The notes under the pieces are model-generated. The model was not told the DNA's origin. It searched no databases and saw only the letters and a list, made by a program, of their open reading frames with translations. Made by a program: the position numbers and the translations under genes. From Clostridia bacterium (lineage in GTDB: Bacteria; Bacillota; Clostridia; Oscillospirales; QAKW01), in assembly GCA_017937065.1 (NCBI GenBank), contig JAGBEI010000018.1, positions 21,105-85,104 of the forward strand: DNA of 64,000 nt, written 5' to 3'. This document shows, one piece after another, positions 34,721 through 44,304 of the stretch (its first letter is position 1; the number at the start of each line of letters is the position of its first letter).

Positions 34721-36457
34721 TTAATCTCCCGACGACTCGGAAAGAGTTATTTTGATTTCAATGGTTCTTGTATTCCTGAAAACCGAAAGCGTAATTGTAT
34801 CGCCGGGGCTGTGATTGTTTTTCTGCTCGTCAAGCTCTGCCATATTGGTGACGGTAACACCGTCTACGGCAGTGATGATATCGCCTTTTTTAAGTCCCTT
34901 GCCGTACGCGTCGCTCTCAGGGTCTACATACTGCACATAAACACCCTGCGGAATATTGTACATCTGCGCATAGGTCGCGTCAAGGTCGCTGCCCTGAATT
35001 CCTATATACGGTCTGTCCTTTATATAACCGTACTGAATAAGCTCCTCGATGATATCGGTAGCGCCCGTTATCGGAATTGCAAAGCCTATTCCCTCATAGC
35101 CGCTTGTCACTATTTTGGAGGAGGTAATGCCGATAACCTGACCGTAAGCGTTTACAAGCGGGCCGCCGGAGTTACCGGGGTTGATGGACGCATCGGTCTG
35201 GATAAGGGTCATGTATACGTTTTCAATCGCAATGCGGCGGTTAAGCGCGGACACGATACCCGATGTTACGGTGCCTGCCAGCTCCAGACCGTAAGGATTG
35301 CCTATGGCGACTACCGTCTCGCCGACAACAAGCTTGTCGCTGTCTCCGAATTCAGCGGGCTGAAGACCCGTTTTATTGATTTTGAGCACGGCAAGATCCG
35401 TTCTCGTATCCGAGCCGATAAGCTCGGCGGTATACTCCGTCTCGTCGGTGAGCACGACCTTTATGCTCGCAGCGTCGGCAACCACATGCGCGTTTGTGGC
35501 AATATAGCCGTCCTCGCTTAAAATTATTCCCGTGCCGGAGCCCTGACCTATCTGGGAGCCGTTTGTAACGGTAACGATAATACCCACAACAGAATCCTTG
35601 ACTTTGTCGTAAATCTGCGGGACACTGAGTGCGTCTGTTGTCGGCTGCTGCGTTTCAAGAGACGGCAGATTTACGTTGGAATTATCCGAATTATCCGTAT
35701 TGTCCGAATTGCTGTTGGTATTGTCGGACACATCACGGTCATTGTCCGCCACGGCTTTGTCGCTTGTTCTGAAGGCGGAAAACATAACGATAACAGCCAG
35801 CAGAAGAACAAAGGCAACGCATGACACACCGATTAAGGCAATCATCGCACCGCTGAGCTTTTTCTTTTGTTTTGCGGGCTTCTGTGTGCCGGTATAGCCG
35901 GTATATCCCGTATATCCCGTATAGCCCGTATAAGGATTCGGATTTTGCCAGGTGTACTCCCCGCTCTCCGAAACCTGCGGTCCGGTATAGCCGGCGCCTT
36001 GCGAAGTGTTGTCATCACGGGAAAAGCCTGTATTTTCCTGTGCGCCGTCGGCGGAGGTTGAATACGCGGCAGTGCTTGAGCCGTCGGCAGAGTCTGAATA
36101 CGCGGCGGTGCTTGCGCCGTCGGCAAAGTCTGAATACGCGGCGGAGTTTGAGCCGTCGGCAGAGGTTGAATACTCGGCGGAGTTTGAGCCGTCGGCAGAG
36201 GTTGAATACTCGGCGGAGGTTTCAAATTCCTGAGTATTGCCGTTTTCATTTACCGGTTTTGAGTCAAAGGTATTTTCAACGGTAAACTGAGTAGTGTCTG
36301 CATCGCTTGCCTGCGCGCCGCCGTCAAAATCGGGCTGCCTGCCGCCTTCATCGGGCTGATGCGCCTTTACCTCTTCAAACTCGGGTTCGGGAATTACGGG
36401 CTCCTTGCCGTCATTCTCATTTGTCGGATTGTTCTCGTTTTCTTTGTACTGATCCAT
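34721..36457 (-). CDS. HtrA/DegP-family serine protease (trypsin-like plus PDZ) with a long repetitive N-terminal region
   Basis: 578 aa. The catalytic region has TNAHV, the D of the triad, and GNSGGPL. The C-terminal PDZ has GLKKGDIITAVDG. A TM helix follows about 200 aa of low-complexity sequence. Confidence 0.9.
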   Translation of the reverse strand: MDQYKENENNPTNENDGKEPVIPEPEFEEVKAHQPDEGGRQPDFDGGAQASDADTTQFTVENTFDSKPVNENGNTQEFETSAEYSTSADGSNSAEYSTSADGSNSAAYSDFADGASTAAYSDSADGSSTAAYSTSADGAQENTGFSRDDNTSQGAGYTGPQVSESGEYTWQNPNPYTGYTGYTGYTGYTGTQKPAKQKKKLSGAMIALIGVSCVAFVLLLAVIVMFSAFRTSDKAVADNDRDVSDNTNSNSDNTDNSDNSNVNLPSLETQQPTTDALSVPQIYDKVKDSVVGIIVTVTNGSQIGQGSGTGIILSEDGYIATNAHVVADAASIKVVLTDETEYTAELIGSDTRTDLAVLKINKTGLQPAEFGDSDKLVVGETVVAIGNPYGLELAGTVTSGIVSALNRRIAIENVYMTLIQTDASINPGNSGGPLVNAYGQVIGITSSKIVTSGYEGIGFAIPITGATDIIEELIQYGYIKDRPYIGIQGSDLDATYAQMYNIPQGVYVQYVDPESDAYGKGLKKGDIITAVDGVTVTNMAELDEQKNNHSPGDTITLSVFRNTRTIEIKITLSESSGD

Positions 36458-36468
36458 TGTAATAACTC

Positions 36469-37893
36469 CTAATCTTTATAAAGCGGCAGTGAAAACATAA
36501 ACTGTGCAAACTCGCCCTCCTTAGAGGTGAGAATGATGTCCTCTCCGTGCTCTTTAATTATATTTTTGACAAGATACAGTCCTATACCCGTACCTTTTTT
36601 ATTTATACTGCGGCTTTTGTCCGCTTTATAAAACCGCTCGAATATATGCGCCGCGTCCTCTTTGGAAATTCCGCAGCCGGTATTTCTGATAGTTATTTTT
36701 GCCTTTTCGCCGTCAATTTCTATTGTGCAGCGTATCTCGCCGCCGACAGGCGTAAACTTGACGGCATTGTCCAGAAGATTATAAATCACCCGATAAATGG
36801 CGTCCTCGTCGCCGTTTACAATAACCGCCTCGTCCTCGGGAATGCCGACATTCAGCGTTATCTGACCCTGATTTATTTTGTCCTCAAAGGCAAACAGCGC
36901 CTTGCCCGCGGTTTTTACTATATCAAACGGCTTTTTGACATATGTCATCTGCCCCGACTGAATCCGCGCGACGTCCAGAAAAGACGAAACCATGCGAGAA
37001 ACGCGGCGCGCCTCCTCCGAAACTATCGTCAGATATTTATTGTAAAGCTCGGGCGGAATAGTACCGTCCAGCATACCGTCCACAAACCCGGAGATGGTGG
37101 TAAGCGGCGTGCGCAGCTCGTGCGACACGTCCGTCACAAACGAGCGGCGAACCTGCTCTAAGTTATCCATACCGTCCGCCATCGCATTGAAGGCAATGGC
37201 AAGCGGCGCATACTCGTTTGCATGGTCAACGTCAATGCGCTTGGAAAAATCGCCGTGCGCGTAGCTGTGAGCGGCGGCGCTCATATCATACAGCGGGCGC
37301 ATCATGCGCTTTGTCAGAAAGTAAATGAAAACAAACGCCGCGGCAAGCACCGTAACGCCGCAGAAAATAAACACAAACAGCGTTGCCGTGACAGTGGACG
37401 CCACGTTCATCTCGGACGTTGTGACAAACACCGCGCCGCCTATTTTGTTATCGTTCATTATTACGGGCACCCCGACCGTGTAGCCGACCGACGGTCTGCC
37501 CGTCGCAAACGACCTTCTTGCGTGGTAGGTGTTGCCCGACATGATGTTAGACAGCACCGCATTGGACGGCAGACTGCTGTCAGCGCCCGTAACGTCAACC
37601 GTCGATATTGCCAGCGTACCGGAGCTGTTGTATATCAGAACCTCGCTGCGCGTCGTCTCCTTGACGGCGGAAATGGAAGCGTCGAATATATTGCCCGCAA
37701 TTATATAGTAGTTTTTAGGCATATCAGCAACGGTGCCGGCAATTTTATTCGCCGCACGCTCCATACTGTCTATCTGGGTGTTGAAGGTGCGCACGCCGAT
37801 GACAACGCTTGCAACAAATCCGAGCACCGCAACGGTGATAAACACGATTATTGCGCACACCCTGTAATATCTTAAAAATATTCTCTTATGCAT
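36469..37893 (-). CDS. Sensor histidine kinase (two TM helices, HAMP, HisKA, HATPase_c)
   Basis: 474 aa. H-box SHELRTPL, N-box LLDNAVKFT, and G-boxes RNTGCGI and GTGIGL. Confidence 0.92.
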   Translation of the reverse strand: MHKRIFLRYYRVCAIIVFITVAVLGFVASVVIGVRTFNTQIDSMERAANKIAGTVADMPKNYYIIAGNIFDASISAVKETTRSEVLIYNSSGTLAISTVDVTGADSSLPSNAVLSNIMSGNTYHARRSFATGRPSVGYTVGVPVIMNDNKIGGAVFVTTSEMNVASTVTATLFVFIFCGVTVLAAAFVFIYFLTKRMMRPLYDMSAAAHSYAHGDFSKRIDVDHANEYAPLAIAFNAMADGMDNLEQVRRSFVTDVSHELRTPLTTISGFVDGMLDGTIPPELYNKYLTIVSEEARRVSRMVSSFLDVARIQSGQMTYVKKPFDIVKTAGKALFAFEDKINQGQITLNVGIPEDEAVIVNGDEDAIYRVIYNLLDNAVKFTPVGGEIRCTIEIDGEKAKITIRNTGCGISKEDAAHIFERFYKADKSRSINKKGTGIGLYLVKNIIKEHGEDIILTSKEGEFAQFMFSLPLYKD

Positions 37894-37895
37894 AA

Positions 37896-38588
37896 TCAGC
37901 GCGTTTCGAACTTATATCCTACACCCCAAACGGTTTTGATACTCCATTTTTCCGAAACTCCCTCCAGCTTCTCACGTATTCTCTTTATATGAACGTCAAC
38001 CGTTCTCGAATCGCCGAAATACTTAAAGCCCCAAATCTCGTCCAGCAGCTGGTCGCGCGTAAACACGCGGTTGGGATTTTTGGCAAGATGGTACAAAAGC
38101 TCGATTTCCTTGGGCGGCGCGTCGATATCCCTGCCGTTTACGCGCAGCTTATAGTTTGTCAGTGAGACGTAGAGGTTTTCATACTCGACCTCCTGCGTAT
38201 CCGCCGCGGCAGGCTCTGCGCCCGCGTCCTTGGTGCGCCTGATTACGCTTTTAATTCTTGCTACAAGCTCCTTTGTGTCAAACGGCTTTGTGACGTAGTC
38301 GTCTGCGCCCAGCTCAAGACCCAAAACCTTGTCAAACGTCTCGCCCTTGGCGGACAGCATGATTATCGGCAGGTTTGAGGTCTTTCGTATCTCGCGGCAG
38401 ACCTCCCAGCCGTCCTTGCCGGGCAGCATGATATCCAAAAGCACAAGGTCAAACCCGCCCTGTCCGAATTTGTCAAGCGCCTGTATGCCGTCGGCGGCAC
38501 ACTCGACCTCAAAGCCCTCCTTCACAAGATACAGACTCAAAAGGTCACAAATATTTTTCTCGTCGTCAACAACCAAAATCCTGCTCAT
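37896..38588 (-). CDS. OmpR/PhoB-family response regulator
   Basis: 230 aa. The receiver domain has ILVVDDE, LLDIMLPG and SAKG. The winged-helix output has the C-terminal VWGVGYKF. Confidence 0.94.
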   Translation of the reverse strand: MSRILVVDDEKNICDLLSLYLVKEGFEVECAADGIQALDKFGQGGFDLVLLDIMLPGKDGWEVCREIRKTSNLPIIMLSAKGETFDKVLGLELGADDYVTKPFDTKELVARIKSVIRRTKDAGAEPAAADTQEVEYENLYVSLTNYKLRVNGRDIDAPPKEIELLYHLAKNPNRVFTRDQLLDEIWGFKYFGDSRTVDVHIKRIREKLEGVSEKWSIKTVWGVGYKFETR

Positions 38589-38686
38589 AATTTTGCCTCC
38601 TGTTCTTTATTTTCTCTCAATTACACTAACAGTATAACAGCTTATACAAAAAATGGTTTAATAAAATGTAAACAAACTTTCTACTT

Positions 38687-39313
38687 TTATTTAAAACTGT
38701 CAAAACCGCTCGATATTTCTCGTATTTCTATATTTCCGCGCAAAAGATTTACAATATTTCGCTCGATGCCCTCGCGCTCGGAGCTCGGCACGGAAATTGT
38801 AAGCTCCACCTTTTGATTAAAGGTACACGACACCCTGTTGTAAACGGTATTTTCAAGATAGCGGTCGACTGTCGAATAGCCGCCGTATTCAAACAGCAGC
38901 AGCAGCGTCACGCTCTCCAGGCGCACGGCAAAGCCCGATTCGCTAATCGCCTCGGACACACCGCGGCTGTAAGCGCGGATAAGCCCGCCCCCGCCCAGCA
39001 GCACCCCGCCGAAGTAGCGGGTGACAACGGCGCAGATATTGTATACGTTCTCCTTTTTCATGACCTCCAGCATCGGCATACCTGCCGTGCCCGCAGGCTC
39101 GCCGTCGTCCGAGAACCGCTCGACGCGCGGGTACCACAGACGGTAAGCCGTGCAGTTATGCGTCGCGTCGGGATATTTTCTCTTTATCCTCTCGATAAAC
39201 GCCTTTGCGTCCTCCTCCCGCCTGACGGCGGTTATACTTGTGATAAACCTGCTCTTTTTTTCCGTAAACTGAGCTGCAACACTGTGTGCCGGCTCTTTAT
39301 ATCCTGAATCCAT
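38687..39313 (-). CDS. yigZ: YigZ/IMPACT family protein (UPF0029)
   Basis: 208 aa with EKKSRFI, ATHNCTAYR, DDGEPAGTAG and VTRYFGG, all characteristic of this family. Confidence 0.85.
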   Translation of the reverse strand: MDSGYKEPAHSVAAQFTEKKSRFITSITAVRREEDAKAFIERIKRKYPDATHNCTAYRLWYPRVERFSDDGEPAGTAGMPMLEVMKKENVYNICAVVTRYFGGVLLGGGGLIRAYSRGVSEAISESGFAVRLESVTLLLLFEYGGYSTVDRYLENTVYNRVSCTFNQKVELTISVPSSEREGIERNIVNLLRGNIEIREISSGFDSFK

Positions 39314-39432
39314 CTGAATTTCCTCTCAAAATTTATATACATATAGTATTATATTTCTGAAGATTTTTCAAGAAAAAAGAGCGCATATATTAATAATTTG
39401 ACTTGTACCGCGGTAAAATATTAAAAAAAGTG

Positions 39433-39461
39433 TTTACAAAAATATATTTTTGATGTATAAT
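39433..39461 (+). promoter_or_regulatory. Putative sigma-A promoter for rpsO-pnp (TTTACA-17 nt-TATAAT)
   Basis: -35 at 39433-39438 and -10 at 39456-39461. This leaves a leader of about 90 nt before rpsO. Confidence 0.55.
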
Positions 39462-39553
39462 ACCTGAGATGTTTAACTATGCTTTGAGCTTTGCGCATCA
39501 CCTGCGGGCTCGCAGTATAGCCGGACAAATCTTCAGAAAGGTGATACAGTTAA

Positions 39554-39820
39554 ATGATTAAAAAGGAAATCAAAACCTCTGTAATCGAGCAGAACAGGCT
39601 TCATGAAACCGACACGGGCTCACCCGAAGTGCAGATTGCCATTCTGACAGCGAGAATAAACGAGCTGACAGAGCACCTCAAGGCAAACCCCAACGACCAT
39701 CATTCAAGACGCGGTCTGCTCAAAATGGTAGGAAACAGACGCAACCTGCTCAACTACCTTACAAAGAAGGATATCAACAGATATCGTGCGATTATTGAGA
39801 AACTCAATATCAGAAAGTAA
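39554..39820 (+). CDS. rpsO: 30S ribosomal protein S15
   Basis: 88 aa with [19 protein letters not shown]...[18 protein letters not shown], the S15 signature. Confidence 0.98.
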   Translation: MIKKEIKTSVIEQNRLHETDTGSPEVQIAILTARINELTEHLKANPNDHHSRRGLLKMVGNRRNLLNYLTKKDINRYRAIIEKLNIRK

Positions 39821-39826
39821 TCGATT

Positions 39827-39865
39827 ATAGGCGGAATTTGTATAAATTTCGCCTATATCCATTTT
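39827..39865 (+). terminator. Stem-loop after rpsO (partial terminator or processing hairpin before pnp)
   Basis: A 13-bp stem, ATAGGCGGAATTT/AAATTTCGCCTAT, with loop GTAT and one G-U pair. The U tract is weak, so read-through into pnp is likely. Confidence 0.5.
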
Positions 39866-40002
39866 ACAAAACAAATATTAACGGCAGCGGCGGCGGTTTA
39901 GCAGTCAAATGCACATCTGCGGGCATTGCGCAAGGCTTTTGCAGGCGTGTATTTAAGTGTTAAACAGCGGTCCTGCCCGAAAAATTTCAGGAGGTACTTT
40001 AA

Positions 40003-42120
40003 ATGTACGAAAATCACAGAATATTCGAAACGGAAATTGCAGGCCGCAAGCTTGTTGTCGAAACGGGCAAGTATGCACAGCTTGCAAACGGCTCGGCACT
40101 GGTGCGCTACGGCGACACAGTCGTGCTGGCAACCGCCACGGCGTCCCAAAAGCCGCGCGACGGCATTGACTTTTTCCCGCTCTCGGTCGACTTTGAGGAA
40201 AGGCTGTACTCGGTCGGCAAAATCCCCGGCAGCTTTCTGCGCCGCGAGGGCAGACCGAGCGAAAAGGCAATTCTCTGCTCGCGCGTTATCGACCGTTCAA
40301 TCCGCCCGCTCTTCCCCAAGGACATGAGAAACGACGTCAACGTAAACATTACGGTGCTTGCCGTTGACCAGGACAACATTCCCGAAATTGTCGGCATGAT
40401 AGGCGCGTCTATCGCGCTTTCCATCTCGGATATCCCGTTTAACGGGCCGATAAGCGGCGTGTCGGTAGGCTGCGTGGACGGCAAAATCGTGTTCAATCCC
40501 ACGGCTTTGCAGCGCGAGAGCTCGCAGATGGCGGTCACCGTCGCGTCCACCGCGCAGAAGGTCACCATGATTGAGGCGGGCGCAAACGAGGTTGACGATG
40601 ACGTTATGTACAACGGTATCATGAAGGGTCATGAGGAAAACCAAAAAATCGTCGCGTTTATTGACAGCATCGTCTCGGAGGTCGGAAGAGAAAAATTCAC
40701 GTTCGAGTCCTGCGATGTTGACCATGCGCTGTTTGACAGCATAAAGGAATTTGCGATAGATGATATGAAGTCGGCGCTTGACTCAAACGACAAGGCGCAA
40801 AGAGACGCCGACATCGCAAAGGTTTACGAAAAGGTTCACGCCCGGTTTGACGCAGAAAACGAAGAACGTCTGCCCATGATAGACGAGTGTCTTTACAAGC
40901 TGCAAAAATATATAGTTCGCACATGGCTGTCCGAAGAGGGCAAGCGCGTGGACGGGCGCGGCATCGACGACCTGCGCCCGCTTCACGCGGAGGTAGGGCT
41001 TCTGCCCAAGGTACACGGCTGCGGTCTCTTTGCCCGCGGCAAGACGCAGGTGCTCACCGTTGCCACGCTCGGCATGATATCGGAGGAGCAGATTTTGGAC
41101 GGGCTTGACGACGTCGAGACAAAAAGATACATGCATCACTACAACATGCCCGGCTTTACCGTCGGCGACGCAAAGCCGTCAAGAAGCCCCGGCAGACGCG
41201 AAATCGGTCACGGTGCGCTGGCAGAGCGCGCGCTGGAGCCGGTAATTCCGTCGGTTGAGGAATTCCCCTACACAATCCGTCTTGTATCGGACGTGCTCAC
41301 CTCAAACGGCTCCACATCGCAGGGCTCCATCTGCGGCTCCACACTTGCGCTTATGGACGCGGGCGTGCCGATTAAGGCGCCTGTTGCGGGCATTTCCTGC
41401 GGTCTTATCACGCGCGACGACGGCAGCTTTATGACAATGGTGGACATTCAGGGCATCGAGGACTTTTTCGGCGACATGGACTTCAAGGTTGCCGGAACCA
41501 AAAAGGGCATCACCGCAATACAAATGGACATCAAGGTCGACGGTCTGACAGGCCCCATTATAAAGGAAGCAATAGAGAAGACCAGAAAAGCAAGATACTA
41601 CATTATAGACGAGGTAATGCTCAAGGCAATCGAAAAGCCGCGCGAGGACGTAAAGGACTGGGCGCCCAAGGTCATCACCTATAAAATTCACCCCGATAAA
41701 ATACGCGAGGTAATCGGAACGGGCGGCAAGGTAATTCAGAAAATCGTCGCGGATACCGGCGCGAAAATCGACATAGAGGACGACGGCTCGGTATTCATAG
41801 CAGCCACCGAGAAATCCGCTGCCGACAAGGCGCTGGAAATCATCAAGGGCATCGTTTTCGAGCCGGAGGTGGGCGCAATTTACAGAGGCCGCGTTGTAAA
41901 GCTCATGCAGTTTGGCGCATTCGTCGAATTTGCGCCCGGCAAGGAGGGGCTTGTCCACATCTCCAAGCTGGACACAAAGCGCGTGGAAAAGGTAGAGGAT
42001 CTGCTCTCCGAGGGTGACGAAATCTACGTTAAGTTTATGGAAATCGACGACAAGGGCAGATATAACCTGTCGCGCAAGGACGCGCTGCTGGATATGCAAA
42101 ACGGCGCTGTTGTAAACTGA
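40003..42120 (+). CDS. pnp: Polyribonucleotide nucleotidyltransferase (PNPase)
   Basis: 705 aa with two RNase PH domains, KH ([16 protein letters not shown]) and S1 ([15 protein letters not shown]). Confidence 0.98.
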   Translation: MYENHRIFETEIAGRKLVVETGKYAQLANGSALVRYGDTVVLATATASQKPRDGIDFFPLSVDFEERLYSVGKIPGSFLRREGRPSEKAILCSRVIDRSIRPLFPKDMRNDVNVNITVLAVDQDNIPEIVGMIGASIALSISDIPFNGPISGVSVGCVDGKIVFNPTALQRESSQMAVTVASTAQKVTMIEAGANEVDDDVMYNGIMKGHEENQKIVAFIDSIVSEVGREKFTFESCDVDHALFDSIKEFAIDDMKSALDSNDKAQRDADIAKVYEKVHARFDAENEERLPMIDECLYKLQKYIVRTWLSEEGKRVDGRGIDDLRPLHAEVGLLPKVHGCGLFARGKTQVLTVATLGMISEEQILDGLDDVETKRYMHHYNMPGFTVGDAKPSRSPGRREIGHGALAERALEPVIPSVEEFPYTIRLVSDVLTSNGSTSQGSICGSTLALMDAGVPIKAPVAGISCGLITRDDGSFMTMVDIQGIEDFFGDMDFKVAGTKKGITAIQMDIKVDGLTGPIIKEAIEKTRKARYYIIDEVMLKAIEKPREDVKDWAPKVITYKIHPDKIREVIGTGGKVIQKIVADTGAKIDIEDDGSVFIAATEKSAADKALEIIKGIVFEPEVGAIYRGRVVKLMQFGAFVEFAPGKEGLVHISKLDTKRVEKVEDLLSEGDEIYVKFMEIDDKGRYNLSRKDALLDMQNGAVVN

Positions 42121-42147
42121 TTTCAAGCTGTAAAAAAATAATACTTT

Positions 42148-42178
42148 CGGTACGGTTTTGACCGTACCGTTTGCTTTT
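42148..42178 (+). terminator. Rho-independent terminator after pnp
   Basis: CGGTACGGT-TTTG-ACCGTACCG is followed by TTTGCTTTT. Confidence 0.75.
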
Positions 42179-42220
42179 GACGGCTTTTCAGACCGTACAT
42201 GTAAATTTTTCCGCATAAAC

Positions 42221-42249
42221 TTTACATTTTTCGAGCAAAGTTGTATAAT
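42221..42249 (+). promoter_or_regulatory. Putative sigma-A promoter for the LtaS-like genes (TTTACA-17 nt-TATAAT)
   Basis: -35 at 42221-42226 and -10 at 42244-42249. A GGAGGTGA RBS lies 10 nt before the TTG start at 42278. Confidence 0.55.
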
Positions 42250-42277
42250 GCTAAAATACGGAGGTGATTATTTCTAA

Positions 42278-44134
42278 TTGAAAATCTATAATACCCTGAA
42301 AAATAAAATATTTGACAGGCTGTGGTTTAAAATCACCTGCTTTTGCAGTATGCCGCTGTTTATATTTATGTGTATTCTCTATCTCGAATACATGAACTAC
42401 CGCTCGGTAAGACGTGTTTTTGAGCTTTGGGACAAGCATCCCGACTCGCTGATTTTGGCTTTTATCGTAACGGCGATGATATCCGTCATTTTGCTGCTGC
42501 TTGCAAGGCGGCTTTGGATTTACGCAACCGTTATGGGCGCAGCCACGCTGATAATCGGGATAATAAACTGCGTAAAGCTGGCGGTAAACGGAGATTATTT
42601 TTTCCCGTGGGATATATCAATGGCAAAAAATATGGGGCAGCTCATCAGCTTTGCCCGCTTTGACCTGCCGCCATATCTGTGGCTGTTTATACCTGCGTTT
42701 GTAATCGCATGCGTGCTCTACGCGCTGTCGGGCGCCGAAATTCCCGTGCACTGGTATTGCAGAGTTCCGCTTGCAGCCGCGGTTTTTGCGGTGTTTGCCG
42801 TTTATTACAGCGAGCCGAAGGTAACGGAAACGCTGCTGAATAAATTCAATATGTCGTTTAACGACAGTGTCCTGCAGGCGTCCAACTACACTGCCAACGG
42901 GTTTGTGGACGCCTTTGCGATAAACTGCATGGCAATGAATGTATCCGAGCCGGAGGGGTACAGTCAGCAGAAAATCGAAAGCTATCTTGAGGATTACGAG
43001 GGTCTCATACCGAGCGGACCTGTACGGTACAACAGCCCCGATGTCATCGTTATTCTGTCCGAAGCGTTTTTTGACATAACGACCCTGAAGGGCACCACCT
43101 TTTCGCAGGAGCCGCTGTCCAATTTCAAGACAATAGCCGCGCGCGAAAACGCCTACGCGGGCAACCTCATAACCTCGGCGCTGGGCGGAGGAACAGTGAG
43201 AACCGAGTTTGAGATACTGACAGGGCTTACCGTCGATTATCTGGTAAACGGCACAAGTCCGTATCTGTATGTCAAGGACAATATGGAAACCTATGTGTCA
43301 AATTACAAGGACCAGGGCTATTATACAAAAGCCATTCACACCTACAACGGCGACTTTTACATGCGAAACGATGCGTATCCCAAGCTCGGCTTTGACGAGT
43401 TTGTCTCGGAGGACGAGCTGAAGCTGCGCGATAACGCTAATTGGCGGCGCTCATATCTCACCGACGACACACTGATAGACGAGGTTATCGACACTCTCGA
43501 AACGCATCAGGACAAGCCCAATTTCATCTTCGGCATAACGATGGAAAATCACCAGAGCTACGGCAAAACCGCCCCCGAGGATATTGTAATCGAGGTGAAA
43601 AACGACAGGCTGGACAGCGACGTTCTCGACTCGGTTGTAACCTATACGCAGGGCGCGTATTTTGCCGACGCGGCGCTGCGCCGGCTTGTGGATTACATCG
43701 ACAGCCGCGAAAAGGACACGATAATTCTGTTTTTCGGCGACCACCTGCCCACTTTAGGCTCCAATCAGGCTGCCTTTAATCAGGCGGGGAATGTCGACAT
43801 CTCGGACGGCTATTCATTTGAAGAAAAAATGTATCTTTACAGCACCCCGTTTCTGTTCTATGCCAACTACGATATCGACTACGCTTTAATGCACATCGCG
43901 GACAACAACATCTCCACCTACTACATGCTGTCGCTGCTTGCGGAAATGACAGGCACGAAAATGACGCCGTACATGCTTTATCTTCGGGATAATTTTGAAT
44001 TTTTGCCGTATTATAATGTCAGGCTGAGTTACCCGTACCTTAAAAACGAACAGGCTGACTTTATTAACTCAATGAGGCTTATAACCTATGACAGGGTTGC
44101 GGGCAAGCGGTATTCGGTAAGCGGGCAGCCCTGA
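42278..44134 (+). CDS. LTA synthase family protein (polytopic N-terminus plus extracellular sulfatase/alkaline-phosphatase-superfamily domain), paralogue 1
   Basis: 618 aa. Five predicted N-terminal TM helices precede a sulfatase-type domain (VIVILSEAFFD, FGGGTVRTEFE, FGDHLP). The start codon is TTG. Confidence 0.82.
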   Translation: MKIYNTLKNKIFDRLWFKITCFCSMPLFIFMCILYLEYMNYRSVRRVFELWDKHPDSLILAFIVTAMISVILLLLARRLWIYATVMGAATLIIGIINCVKLAVNGDYFFPWDISMAKNMGQLISFARFDLPPYLWLFIPAFVIACVLYALSGAEIPVHWYCRVPLAAAVFAVFAVYYSEPKVTETLLNKFNMSFNDSVLQASNYTANGFVDAFAINCMAMNVSEPEGYSQQKIESYLEDYEGLIPSGPVRYNSPDVIVILSEAFFDITTLKGTTFSQEPLSNFKTIAARENAYAGNLITSALGGGTVRTEFEILTGLTVDYLVNGTSPYLYVKDNMETYVSNYKDQGYYTKAIHTYNGDFYMRNDAYPKLGFDEFVSEDELKLRDNANWRRSYLTDDTLIDEVIDTLETHQDKPNFIFGITMENHQSYGKTAPEDIVIEVKNDRLDSDVLDSVVTYTQGAYFADAALRRLVDYIDSREKDTIILFFGDHLPTLGSNQAAFNQAGNVDISDGYSFEEKMYLYSTPFLFYANYDIDYALMHIADNNISTYYMLSLLAEMTGTKMTPYMLYLRDNFEFLPYYNVRLSYPYLKNEQADFINSMRLITYDRVAGKRYSVSGQP

Positions 44135-44304
44135 CGCCGGTACTGAAGCGAGGAGGCAGAGATACCCTGAAAATCAAAGAATTTTTCAAAAATAAAATTA
44201 TCGGCAAAGCCTGGCTGAAAATCCTGAGCTTTTGCAGCGTTCCGTTTTTTATTTTCATCTGCCTGTTTGAGGCGGAGTATCTTAATTACCGAACGACGGA
44301 AGCG

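Noticed and set aside
35842-36285. Alternative-frame ORFs (135 and 137 aa) with PTAQ- or RRQ-type repeats
   Set aside because: They are off-frame and antisense readings of the 36-bp repeats inside the htrA-like gene. The htrA frame continues into a bona fide protease domain.
41302-42216. 304-aa minus-strand ORF
   Set aside because: It is antisense to the KH/S1 end of pnp and runs through the pnp terminator. It shows no motifs.
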